Source of the DNA: Pseudomonadota bacterium
GTDB taxonomy: Bacteria; Myxococcota; JACRCW01; JAFGSX01
Length of the DNA stretch: 64,000 nt
Assembly: GCA_043821645.1 (NCBI GenBank)
Contig: JBDRCO010000063.1
Coordinates: forward strand, 31,458-95,457
Direction: 5' to 3'
Under the pieces are notes generated by a model. The model made no database searches. It worked only from the letters and a program-made list of their open reading frames with translations, and was not told the origin of the DNA. The position numbers and the translations under genes were made by a program. This document shows, piece after piece, positions 1 to 8,686 of this stretch (its first letter is position 1; each line of letters starts with the position of its first letter).

Positions 1-843
1 ATCATCGACGGCAAGGAGATCGCGGCCCGCGTGGTGGGCGAGCTGGTGGCCGAGGTACAGGCTCTGGTGGACCAGGGTGTGCAGCCGGGGCTGGCCACGG
101 TACTGGTCGGTGACGACCCGGCCAGCGCGACCTACGTGCGCAACAAGCACAAGAAGGCGCGCAAGCTGGGACTGTACACGGTGGAACACAAGCTCCCGGC
201 CGACACCTCCCAGGCTGCAATACTCGAGCTCGTCGCCAGCCTCAACGCGGATCCCCTGATCGACGGCATCCTGGTGCAGCTGCCTGTGCCACCGCAGATC
301 GACGCCAGCGTCGTCATCGAGCACATCGAACCGGCGAAGGACGTCGACGGCCTGCACCCTCAGAGCATGGGTTACCTGATGGCTGGCGTGCCGCGCCTGG
401 TGGCCTGCACCCCGGCGGGTTGCCTGCGCCTGCTCGACGAGGTCGGTGTCGAATTGAAGGGTGCCCATGCGGTGGTGGTGGGGCGCTCGAACATCGTGGG
501 CAAGCCCATGGCCGCCCTGCTCCTGGCACGACACTGCACCGTGACCCAGTGTCACTCGCGCACCCGCGATCTGGCCGAGATCGTGCGCCAGGGCGACGTG
601 GTGGTGGTCGCGGTGGGCAAGGCCGAGATGGTGCGCGGTGACTGGATCCGCGACGGGGCCACGGTCATCGACGTGGGCATGAACCGCCGTGACGACGGAA
701 CATTGGTGGGTGATGTGGAGTACGCCGCAGCCAGCGAGCGCGCCGCTGCCATCACGCCGGTTCCTGGCGGGGTGGGACCCATGACCATCGCCATGCTCAT
801 GGCCAACACCGTGCGCGCCGCGCGCCTTCGCCGGAGCCCATGA
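1..843 (+). CDS. folD: Bifunctional methylenetetrahydrofolate dehydrogenase/cyclohydrolase (5'-truncated by window)
   Basis: Frame open from base 1 (IIDGKEIAA...); motifs [42 protein letters not shown]. Confidence 0.97.
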   Translation: MIDGKEIAARVVGELVAEVQALVDQGVQPGLATVLVGDDPASATYVRNKHKKARKLGLYTVEHKLPADTSQAAILELVASLNADPLIDGILVQLPVPPQIDASVVIEHIEPAKDVDGLHPQSMGYLMAGVPRLVACTPAGCLRLLDEVGVELKGAHAVVVGRSNIVGKPMAALLLARHCTVTQCHSRTRDLAEIVRQGDVVVVAVGKAEMVRGDWIRDGATVIDVGMNRRDDGTLVGDVEYAAASERAAAITPVPGGVGPMTIAMLMANTVRAARLRRSP

Positions 844-1736
844 GCGCCACGACCGCCTCGACCTGGCTGCCCGGTACGCGTGCAGTGGTGGCCTGTATCC
901 TCTCGGTGGTGCTGCCAGGGAGCGGCTCCTTCTATCTGGGCCGGCTACGCACGGCGCTGGTCGCCCTCGGCTTCGCCACGCTGGGCTCGGTGGCGGCGGG
1001 ACTGCTGTGGCGCGCCGGCGTCATCGGCGCTGCCCCCCTCGTGGTGGCCATCGCCTTGTGTACCCTGGTAGGGCATGCGGGAGGCGCTCTCCTCGCCGCC
1101 ATCGAGGCCTGGCAAGGGCGAACCAAGCGCGCGTTCGTGCCCTCGCTGGGTTTCATGCTCCTCGCGGCCAGCAGTCTGTTCGCCATGCGCAGGCTGAGCC
1201 AGCTCTGGATCATGGCGACCTATGCCGTCGCCACCATCGCCATGGAGCCGGGTCTACAGCACGGGGATCGGGTCCTGGTCGTTCCCCACGCCCCGGAGTA
1301 CGCCTACCCCCGCGGCAGCATCGTGGCCCTGCGCGATCCCTCCAGTGGCGAGAACTTCGTCCGTCGACTCATCGCCGTCGGTGGTGATGGGGTGCGCATC
1401 CACGACAGCGAGGTGCTGGTCAACGGTCACAGTCTGCGCCAGGGCCCCTGCGACGACAGCGCCCTGATGCCCTGCTTCGTCGAGCGAAGCCTCGACGGGC
1501 TGGAGTACGTGGTGGTCGAGCGCCTGGCGGATGGCGGCATGGATCTGCAGGTCACGGTGCCCGAGGGCTCGGTGTTCGTGATGCGGGATCGTCGCGACCT
1601 GAGCCTCCCCCTCGACCCCATGTCGCGAGAGTGGCTCACCGGCGAGGTCTGGGACGTGTGGTGGTCCTATACCCACCAGGGCGTCAGGCTTGAGCGCCTG
1701 GGGCTGCCGGCTCGACCCCGGCCAGCGTCGCCATGA
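840..1736 (+). CDS. Signal peptidase I (S26)-like membrane protein, apparently lacking catalytic residues
   Basis: N-terminal TM helices, then [26 protein letters not shown] and [14 protein letters not shown], matching LepB boxes B/D/E with Ser->Ala and Lys->Arg. Confidence 0.75.
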   Translation: MSATTASTWLPGTRAVVACILSVVLPGSGSFYLGRLRTALVALGFATLGSVAAGLLWRAGVIGAAPLVVAIALCTLVGHAGGALLAAIEAWQGRTKRAFVPSLGFMLLAASSLFAMRRLSQLWIMATYAVATIAMEPGLQHGDRVLVVPHAPEYAYPRGSIVALRDPSSGENFVRRLIAVGGDGVRIHDSEVLVNGHSLRQGPCDDSALMPCFVERSLDGLEYVVVERLADGGMDLQVTVPEGSVFVMRDRRDLSLPLDPMSREWLTGEVWDVWWSYTHQGVRLERLGLPARPRPASP

Positions 1737-2077
1737 ACGCCCTGAAGCGTCAACCCGTGGACGAGATCGTCGCCACCCGCGATCTCTTCGTGCTGGTGCT
1801 TGGCCTCGCCGGAGTGGTGGTCGGCGCCATCTTCGGCCTGCTGGTCTCCGGTCGCAGCCCCGAGCAGGTCGCACGCCTGGCAGCGTGGGCCACACCCACC
1901 TCGGGGGCGGTCACCGCCGTCCTGGTCTCCGACGTCTTCCTCGTGCTGCGACGGTCCCGGCCGCTTGCGTCGCTGTTGCTGCGCCTGGGCCTGCTTGGAC
2001 TCAATGCCATCCTGTTCGTGGTGGAGCTACTGGTGCTGGTGGTCGCGCTGCTGAGCTCTCGGGGCGTCGGCCTCTGA
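1733..2077 (+). CDS. Hypothetical membrane protein (about 3 TM)
   Basis: ATGA overlap with upstream gene; hydrophobic segments. Confidence 0.65.
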   Translation: MNALKRQPVDEIVATRDLFVLVLGLAGVVVGAIFGLLVSGRSPEQVARLAAWATPTSGAVTAVLVSDVFLVLRRSRPLASLLLRLGLLGLNAILFVVELLVLVVALLSSRGVGL

Positions 2078-2185
2078 GTCCACTTCGAGCCTGGTGGGGT
2101 GGCGCGGACCTGTGGCGGTGCCGGACCGCTACCCGGGCCCGCACTCGGCCCTCCCCTCGACGCTGAAGCCTGCTAGACTGGGCGC

Positions 2186-3694
2186 ATGTTCCTGACCTTG
2201 CGCCGCGCCTACCAGGTGTTCTTTCTCGGCCTGTTCCTGTTCCTGATCGGCGCCACCACCAGCGCCTTCGTCGGTGGTTTCCCGGTGTGGTGGTTCCTGG
2301 CCTTCGATCCCCTGGTTGCCTTGACCACGACCCTGGCGGGCCACAGGCTCTACCACCTGCTCCTGTGGTCGGTGCCCCTCGTCGTGGTGACGCTGCTGGT
2401 CGGACGCTTCTTCTGCGGGTGGATCTGCCCCATGGGGGTGCTGCATCAGGCGATTGGCTGGCTGGCGAGGCCGCGCAAGATCTCCGCGCGCCTCAAGCTC
2501 AACGCGCCGCGCGCACTGTATCGCACGAAGTACCTCGTGCTGCTGTTCATGCTCGGCGCTGCCGCCCTGGGTTCGACCCAGATTGGCTGGCTGGATCCCA
2601 TCGCCTTCACCTGGCGCGCCCTGTCCACGTCGCTGGTGCCGGCAGCGGACCGCATGGCCTTCGGGCTGTACCAGGGCGAGCGCCATTTTCACACCTCGAC
2701 CTTGATCGCCACCCTGTTCCTGGCGGCGCTGGCCCTCAACCTGTGGACACAGCGGCTGTACTGCCGCCTGCTGTGCCCGCTGGGCGCCCTGCTCGGGCTC
2801 ACCAGCAAGCTATCGCTGTTCCGGCTGACCCGTGATCTGCAGACCTGCACCGACTGTAAAAAGTGCGGCGGCGACTGCCAGGGCGCGGCCGATCCCCAGG
2901 GTACGCTGCGCCAGACCGAGTGCCTGCTCTGCCTCAACTGCGTGTACGACTGCCCCGAAGGCAGCATGTCCCTGCGCTTCCTGCCCTCGCCCGAGCTCAC
3001 CACCGTCGATATCGATCTTGGCCGCCGGCGCTGGGTCGGCGCTGCCGTGGCCGGAGCCGCCCTGGTACCGCTGGCACGGGCCTCCGACGGCGTGGAGCCG
3101 CGGCCGAACCCCGAACGCATCCGGCCTCCGGGATCACTTTGTGAAGAGGACTTCTTGGGCCGCTGCATCAAGTGCGGCGCCTGCATGAAGGTCTGCCCCA
3201 CGGCCGCGCTGCAACCGGCCCTCACCGAAGCCGGGCTCGAAGGCCTGTGGAGCCCCATCCTGGTGCCGCGCATCGGTTACTGCGAACACCAGTGCACACT
3301 GTGTGGGCAGGTCTGCCCCACCGGTGCCATTCGCCCGATCAGCGTCGGCGAGAAGCTCGGTCTGCCACCGAACGAGCAGCCCATCAGCATCGGCACCGCC
3401 TTCTTCGACCGCGGCCGCTGCCTGCCCTGGGCGATGGACACCCAGTGCATCGTGTGCGAGGAGGTCTGCCCGACCTCACCCAAGGCGATCTACTTCAAGC
3501 TCGAGACCGTCGTCGACAGACATGGCAAGAGCGTCCAGCTCAAGCGTCCCTTCGTGGAGCCAGCGCTCTGCATTGGCTGCGGCATCTGCGAAACGCGCTG
3601 CCCCGTGTTCGACCGCGCGGCCGTGCGCGTGACCAGCGTTGGCGAGACCCGTGACGTCGAGAACCGCATCGTGCTCGGCAAGGACAAGGTCTAG
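2186..3694 (+). CDS. Membrane-bound polyferredoxin (NapH/MauN-like N-terminus fused to NapG/MauM-like C-terminus)
   Basis: GRFFCGWICPMG and YCRLLCPLG motifs; several CxxCxxCxxxCP clusters; IRPPGS...FLGRCIKCG. Confidence 0.88.
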   Translation: MFLTLRRAYQVFFLGLFLFLIGATTSAFVGGFPVWWFLAFDPLVALTTTLAGHRLYHLLLWSVPLVVVTLLVGRFFCGWICPMGVLHQAIGWLARPRKISARLKLNAPRALYRTKYLVLLFMLGAAALGSTQIGWLDPIAFTWRALSTSLVPAADRMAFGLYQGERHFHTSTLIATLFLAALALNLWTQRLYCRLLCPLGALLGLTSKLSLFRLTRDLQTCTDCKKCGGDCQGAADPQGTLRQTECLLCLNCVYDCPEGSMSLRFLPSPELTTVDIDLGRRRWVGAAVAGAALVPLARASDGVEPRPNPERIRPPGSLCEEDFLGRCIKCGACMKVCPTAALQPALTEAGLEGLWSPILVPRIGYCEHQCTLCGQVCPTGAIRPISVGEKLGLPPNEQPISIGTAFFDRGRCLPWAMDTQCIVCEEVCPTSPKAIYFKLETVVDRHGKSVQLKRPFVEPALCIGCGICETRCPVFDRAAVRVTSVGETRDVENRIVLGKDKV

Positions 3695-3716
3695 CCCAGC
3701 GCGCCAGGACCCAGCC

Positions 3717-4307
3717 ATGGATGACCCGTCTGCCCGCCCGCTTCTGACACTGGTGCAAGCCTGGCACGTCGAGGAGCGCGAACTGCTCCTCGAGAACAAG
3801 CTCTTCAAGGTGCGCTCGCGCTTCGCGCAGTCGCTCACCAGCGCGAACAAGCGGGGCACTTTTTTTTACATGGATAGCCTGGACTGGGTGAACGTCATCG
3901 CGCTGACGCCGGAGCGCCAGGTGGTGTGCATCGAGCAGTATCGCGTGGGCAGCAACGAGGTCACGCTGGAGATACCGGGCGGCATGTGCGACGCCGGCGA
4001 GGCGCCCCTGGACGCCAGTATCCGCGAACTTCGCGAGGAGACCGGGTACGCCGGGACCCGGGCCGAGATCATCGGCAGCGTGACCCCCAACCCGGCCATC
4101 CAGAACAACCGTTGCCACACCGCCCTGGTCCAGGACGCGCGCCTGCTGCACGCCGTCGCCTTCGATGACAACGAGGAGATCGGCGTGCGCCTGCTACCCC
4201 TGGAGCACATCGACGCACTGATCCTCAGCGGCGTCATCCACCACGCCCTGGTGCTGGCAGCCTTCATGCAGCTCAAGGTTCACCTGGCGGGCGGAGGCAC
4301 CGAGTGA
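3717..4307 (+). CDS. NUDIX hydrolase (ADP-ribose pyrophosphatase-like)
   Basis: Nudix box GGMCDAGEAPLDASIRELREETGY; EQYR and LEIPGG; ATG at 3717 chosen over the upstream track start. Confidence 0.9.
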   Translation: MDDPSARPLLTLVQAWHVEERELLLENKLFKVRSRFAQSLTSANKRGTFFYMDSLDWVNVIALTPERQVVCIEQYRVGSNEVTLEIPGGMCDAGEAPLDASIRELREETGYAGTRAEIIGSVTPNPAIQNNRCHTALVQDARLLHAVAFDDNEEIGVRLLPLEHIDALILSGVIHHALVLAAFMQLKVHLAGGGTE

Positions 4308-5155
4308 CGACGGAGAGAACCCTGCTCGGACGCACCAAACCCATCATCGGCATGGTGCACGTGGGCGCCCTGCCCGGAACGCCGCGGGCTGCTGCGGACC
4401 TGCGCACCCTGGCGGTCCAGGCCGCCGCCGAGGCCCGCGACCTGGCGCGGGGCGGCGTCGACGCGGTGATGATAGAGAACATGCACGACCTGCCCTATCT
4501 GCGCCGTGAGGTCGGCCCCGAGATCGTTGCCGCCATGACCGCGGTGGGCCTGGCCGTGCGCGAGGCGATGGATCTGCCCCTGGGTGTCCAGATTCTTGCA
4601 GGCGCCAACCGCGCAGCGCTGGCCGTGGCCCAGGCCTGCGGTGCGAGCTTCATCCGTGCCGAGGGCTTTGCCTACGCCCACGTCGCCGACGAGGGCCTGA
4701 TGGACGCGGCCGACGCCGGGCCCCTGCTGCGGTACCGCCGCGCGATGGGTGCCGACACCATCGCGGTGTGGGCCGACGTCAAGAAGAAGCACTCGAGCCA
4801 CGCCATCACCGGAGATCTCGACGTGGGTGAGGTGGCGGCAGGCACGCAGTTCATGGGTGCCAGCGCGGTCATCGTCACCGGCAACGCCACCGGCCACGCC
4901 GCGTCCGTCGACGATCTCGCAGCGGCGCGCGCAGCCTGCACCCTGCCCGTGGTGCTGGGCAGTGGCGCCACGCCAGATAACCTGGCTGCGCTGTGGCCTC
5001 ACCTCGACGCGGTGATCGTGGGCAGCGATCTCAAGCTGGGAGGAGACTGGCGGCAGCCGGTCGAGCTGGCACGGGTGCAGCGTTTCATCGAGGCGGTGAA
5101 CCGGCTGCGTTGCGCCGACGCCGGGATCCCGGGGGCCACCGCGGACGCTACTTGA
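4304..5155 (+). CDS. BtpA/SgcQ family TIM-barrel protein
   Basis: KPIIGMVH..ALPGTP, IENMHDLPY, ADVKKKHSSH, IVTGNATG. Confidence 0.9.
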   Translation: MTTERTLLGRTKPIIGMVHVGALPGTPRAAADLRTLAVQAAAEARDLARGGVDAVMIENMHDLPYLRREVGPEIVAAMTAVGLAVREAMDLPLGVQILAGANRAALAVAQACGASFIRAEGFAYAHVADEGLMDAADAGPLLRYRRAMGADTIAVWADVKKKHSSHAITGDLDVGEVAAGTQFMGASAVIVTGNATGHAASVDDLAAARAACTLPVVLGSGATPDNLAALWPHLDAVIVGSDLKLGGDWRQPVELARVQRFIEAVNRLRCADAGIPGATADAT

Positions 5156-6275
5156 CCTTCTTCTCCTCGCCCAGCAACGCACCAACGTCGTCAAAGGTGT
5201 ACTCGACCGTGGTCTTGACAGTCTTGGTGCGCTTGCCCTGCTTGACCTTCTGCTTGTCGATGTAGACCCACAGGGTCTTGCCCTTCTTCTGGCGGATGAC
5301 GTTGGGCTTGCGCTTCCACTCGTTGCCGATGCGCTGCTGATCCGGGCTCTTGTCGGCGAGAAAAACCTGGAACGCCTCGTAGGCCTTGAGCTCCTTCTCG
5401 GCGCTCTTGAGCGCACGATCGAGCTTCTTGTTCTCCTTCTCGCACAGCCCAGCTGCCTTCTTGAGGGGGATGGGCTTGCCCTCCTCGATGGCGAGCTCGT
5501 GATTGTTCATGCCCATGTCCTCGGCGAGCAGCTTGGCCGAGACCTCGGCGCAGGACAGGTACTTGGTGCGCGCCTCGGTGTAGTCGTTGATCTTGTCCTG
5601 GGGCAGCGTGCGTTCGTCCGCGCGCTCCACGGCACGCCGGGCGTCCTTGATGTCCTCGCGCACCCGGGCTGCCCGGGCCACCCGCTCGGACCTGTCCGCG
5701 GTGCCCGCGAGCACGCGCGCCCTGGCCTCGATCTCGTTGGCGAACTCGCCACCCACCTCGACCTTGCCCGTGCGCCTCGCCTCGTTGAGCGCATCCTGGG
5801 TGTCGGCGATGGCCTTGCGCAGTGCCACCACATCCTCGCTGGTGGCTTCCTGCTTCAGCACGCGCTCCGCGATCTCCGTGGCCTGCACCAGGGGCCGTCT
5901 CACGTCGGCCTCGGCGTCCAGCTTGATCTGCGCCGCACTGCGCTCCGCCGCCACCTTCTGCAGCTGGCGCAGGCGCCGCTTCACCGAGTCGTAGCGGGTG
6001 AACAGCATGGCGGCTTCGGGGTGCAGCTCGATCTCCTTGCGATGGCGGGCCACGTAGCTGTCCAGATCCTTGGCCTCGCTGTTGGCCGTTTTGACGTCCT
6101 CGCGCACGATGGCGTCGTTGAGCCGCTCCATGCGGGTCTCGAACTCGTTGGCGATGGGGTCCCCACGCCGACCGCCGGAGCCACCGGTGATGCAGCCCGT
6201 GGTCAGACTCGCCATCGCAGCCAGCAGCACCAGCGCGACGAAGACACGTGTCCCGATGATACGGTCGGTGTACAT
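5148..6275 (-). CDS. Hypothetical lipoprotein, helical/coiled-coil with Lys-rich C-terminus
   Basis: Signal peptide ending SLTTGC; GC-rich third codon positions on the minus strand. Confidence 0.75.
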   Translation of the reverse strand: MYTDRIIGTRVFVALVLLAAMASLTTGCITGGSGGRRGDPIANEFETRMERLNDAIVREDVKTANSEAKDLDSYVARHRKEIELHPEAAMLFTRYDSVKRRLRQLQKVAAERSAAQIKLDAEADVRRPLVQATEIAERVLKQEATSEDVVALRKAIADTQDALNEARRTGKVEVGGEFANEIEARARVLAGTADRSERVARAARVREDIKDARRAVERADERTLPQDKINDYTEARTKYLSCAEVSAKLLAEDMGMNNHELAIEEGKPIPLKKAAGLCEKENKKLDRALKSAEKELKAYEAFQVFLADKSPDQQRIGNEWKRKPNVIRQKKGKTLWVYIDKQKVKQGKRTKTVKTTVEYTFDDVGALLGEEKKVK

Positions 6276-6392
6276 GCCCTCAATCTAGCTCCCTCGCTCC
6301 CCCCCCGCAAATTGCTGACCTTTTCTCCCCGTCGCCAGCGGCACCCCGGCTGCTCTCTCAGCCGCGCGCATTATCTAGCGGGGGGAGGCCCC

Positions 6393-7217
6393 ATGCGACG
6401 CCGCGATCTGCAACTCGACGCCCAGGGCCAGCCCCGGCGTCGCGATCTCCTCGAATGGCTTGGCGGCACGGCTGTGCTCGCCCTGACCAGCCCGCTGCTC
6501 AAGGCATGCACCACGCCGGGCGCCTGGCAGGCCCTGCCCGACGACGCCGGACAGCTTGGAGTATCCGGCGCCAGCGACGCGGCGCTGCTGGACGGCGCCC
6601 CGAGGGATGCGTCTGGCGTCGAGGAGAGCGGACCCTCCGTCCTCGACTTCGCACCTGGCGACGGCACGCACCCTATCTTCGAGCATTGGGGAGAGCGCAC
6701 CGTGGACCGTCAGGACCTGGCCAGCATCCTGGCGAGCTGGCAGCTCACGGTGCACGGCCTGGTGGAGTCACCACTGCAGCTGAGCTTTGCCGACCTGCTG
6801 CAGCGCCCGCGCCTTGACACCCTGGTAGATTTTCATTGTGTCGAGGGCTGGAGCATCCTCGACGTGCCCTGGAACGGCGTACACCTGTCCACCCTTCTCG
6901 ACGAGGTGCGCCCCTACAGCAGCGCCACACATGTGACCTTTCACACCATCGATGGTCGCTACAACGAGTCGCTGCCCCTGGAGATCGCGCTCGAGCCTCG
7001 GACCCTGCTCGCCTTCGGCGTGGGAGGCTCCACCCTGCCTCTGTCCCACGGCTTCCCCCTGCGCGCGGTGGTGCCCCGGCTGTGGGCTTACAAGAGCGCC
7101 AAGTACGTCAACCGCATCGAATTCACCAACCAGGCCGTGCAGGGCTACTGGGTGCACGCAGGCTATCCCTACCTGGGCGAGGTGCCTGCGGACAGGTTGC
7201 GCCAGGACAGGTTCTGA
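6393..7217 (+). CDS. Sulfite oxidase-family molybdopterin oxidoreductase (MsrP/YedY-like) with Tat-type signal
   Basis: RRRDLL twin-Arg; DFHCVEGWS, HGFPLRAVVP, YKSAKYV, GYW; GGAGG RBS before ATG 6393. Confidence 0.88.
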   Translation: MRRRDLQLDAQGQPRRRDLLEWLGGTAVLALTSPLLKACTTPGAWQALPDDAGQLGVSGASDAALLDGAPRDASGVEESGPSVLDFAPGDGTHPIFEHWGERTVDRQDLASILASWQLTVHGLVESPLQLSFADLLQRPRLDTLVDFHCVEGWSILDVPWNGVHLSTLLDEVRPYSSATHVTFHTIDGRYNESLPLEIALEPRTLLAFGVGGSTLPLSHGFPLRAVVPRLWAYKSAKYVNRIEFTNQAVQGYWVHAGYPYLGEVPADRLRQDRF

Positions 7218-7300
7218 AGCACGCCAGGCACGTCTGCCGCTGTTGACTGGGCTGTCCCGCGATCGCATGCTCCCCACTGGTAACGCACAGCGGAGTCACC

Positions 7301-8137
7301 ATGGAAGACCGCGTGATCAGCGCCATGCAACAGCTTGGCTTCACGGCCACCGACGCCAAGGCCTACATTGGGCTGCTCAAGAGTCACCCTGCCACGGGTT
7401 ACGAACTCGCCGCGCGCACCGGCGTGCCGCGCTCCGCCATCTACAACGTCCTTGGCCGCCTCGAATCGCTCGGTCTGGTGAACGTGGTGCACGAGAAACC
7501 GGCACGTTACCTGCCGCTCAAACCCGACCGCCTGTTCGAGATGCTCAGCGCCCGCTTCTCCAACTCCCTGGGTGATCTCAAGGGCGCGATCCAGGGCCTG
7601 AGCGTGCGCCCGCAGGAGGCGGCAACCTGGACCCTGGTGGGCTATCGCGCCATGCTCGAGCAGGCCAGTGCCCTGGTGCACAGCGCCGAGCAGCGGGTGG
7701 TGGCGTCGCTGTGGGCGCGGGAGGCCCAGGCGCTGGAACCCGCACTGCAGGGTGCCCTGGCCCGCGGTGTCGATGTGGTGCTGTTCTCCTTCAATCCCAT
7801 CGCGGAGACTCTCGGTACGATCCTCAGCTACGGCATCCCCGAGGACAAACTCGAGACCTACTGGCGCCACAAGATCATCCTCATCGCAGACCAGTCTCGC
7901 CTCATCGTCGGTGGCGCGGATCAAAGCGACGACACGCGCTCCGTCGTCACCGAGGAGCAAGCGCTGGTGGAGATGGCCTTGTCGAACCTGGTCCTCGACA
8001 TCACGCTTTATGGCCAGCGCACGGGCCGCGACACCGGACAGATCATCTCCCATCTGACGGCTCACCTGGCTCCTGTCGAGGATCTGGTCGAGGCCGCCCT
8101 GCATCAGGGTCCGGCCTCAGGGCACGCCATCGCCTGA
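7301..8137 (+). CDS. TrmB family transcriptional regulator
   Basis: LGFT..DAKAYIGLL, ATGYELA..TGVPRSAIYNVL..LE..GLV winged HTH plus C-terminal effector domain. Confidence 0.88.
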   Translation: MEDRVISAMQQLGFTATDAKAYIGLLKSHPATGYELAARTGVPRSAIYNVLGRLESLGLVNVVHEKPARYLPLKPDRLFEMLSARFSNSLGDLKGAIQGLSVRPQEAATWTLVGYRAMLEQASALVHSAEQRVVASLWAREAQALEPALQGALARGVDVVLFSFNPIAETLGTILSYGIPEDKLETYWRHKIILIADQSRLIVGGADQSDDTRSVVTEEQALVEMALSNLVLDITLYGQRTGRDTGQIISHLTAHLAPVEDLVEAALHQGPASGHAIA

Positions 8138-8284
8138 GCAGATCTGGCCCGCTCGCCTCCGGATCCACCGCCCCCCCCTTGCCTTTTGCACCCCGTCCCG
8201 GGCTGGTTTCCAACCTGAATCTCCGGCGATCCTGAGAGCTTTCCTGTCTTCGCCGGCGCTCTCGGTGGTTCCCCAGGAGAGAAA

Positions 8285-8370
8285 ATATATCTCTTACTAA
8301 ACATGTAAGATATTGTTTTTCATTGCCTTTCTCGTTATAGCGTAATTACGATATCTAGATTACTGAATAC
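8285..8370 (+). promoter_or_regulatory. AT-rich promoter/operator of the arsR-psr operon
   Basis: Sharp AT-rich island; TTGCCT(8323)-18 bp-TACGAT(8347); perfect palindrome CGTAATTACG 8341-8350; ATCT-N8-GAAT 8353-8368. Confidence 0.55.
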
Positions 8371-8380
8371 TGGAGCTCCG

Positions 8381-8686
8381 GTGTTAAACGACCCGCGCAA
8401 TGCTGACCTGGCGGCAGACCTGCTCAAGGCCATCGCCCACCCGACGCGGCTGCGCATCGTGGCGGCGCTGGTGCACGGAGACCTGCACGTCGGTGGTCTG
8501 GCCGAACATCTGGGCCTCAAGCAACCCATCATCTCGCAGCAGCTCAAGATCCTGCGGCTCAAGGGTCTGGTCGATGTGACCCGCGCCAACGGCCTGGCCA
8601 CCTACCGGATCATCGAGCCCCACCTCGAGACCATCGTCGGCTGCATGCAGCGCTGTCTGCTCAGCCGGCAGGAGAACCACCGATGA
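8381..8686 (+). CDS. ArsR/SmtB family transcriptional repressor
   Basis: LLKAIAHPTRLRIV, ISQQLKILR..GLV; C-terminal CMQRC. Confidence 0.92.
   Translation: MLNDPRNADLAADLLKAIAHPTRLRIVAALVHGDLHVGGLAEHLGLKQPIISQQLKILRLKGLVDVTRANGLATYRIIEPHLETIVGCMQRCLLSRQENHR

Noticed and set aside
5499-6392. Long N-terminal extension of the molybdopterin oxidoreductase in the ORF track
   Set aside because: It overlaps the minus-strand lipoprotein gene; an RBS and twin-Arg signal support ATG 6393.
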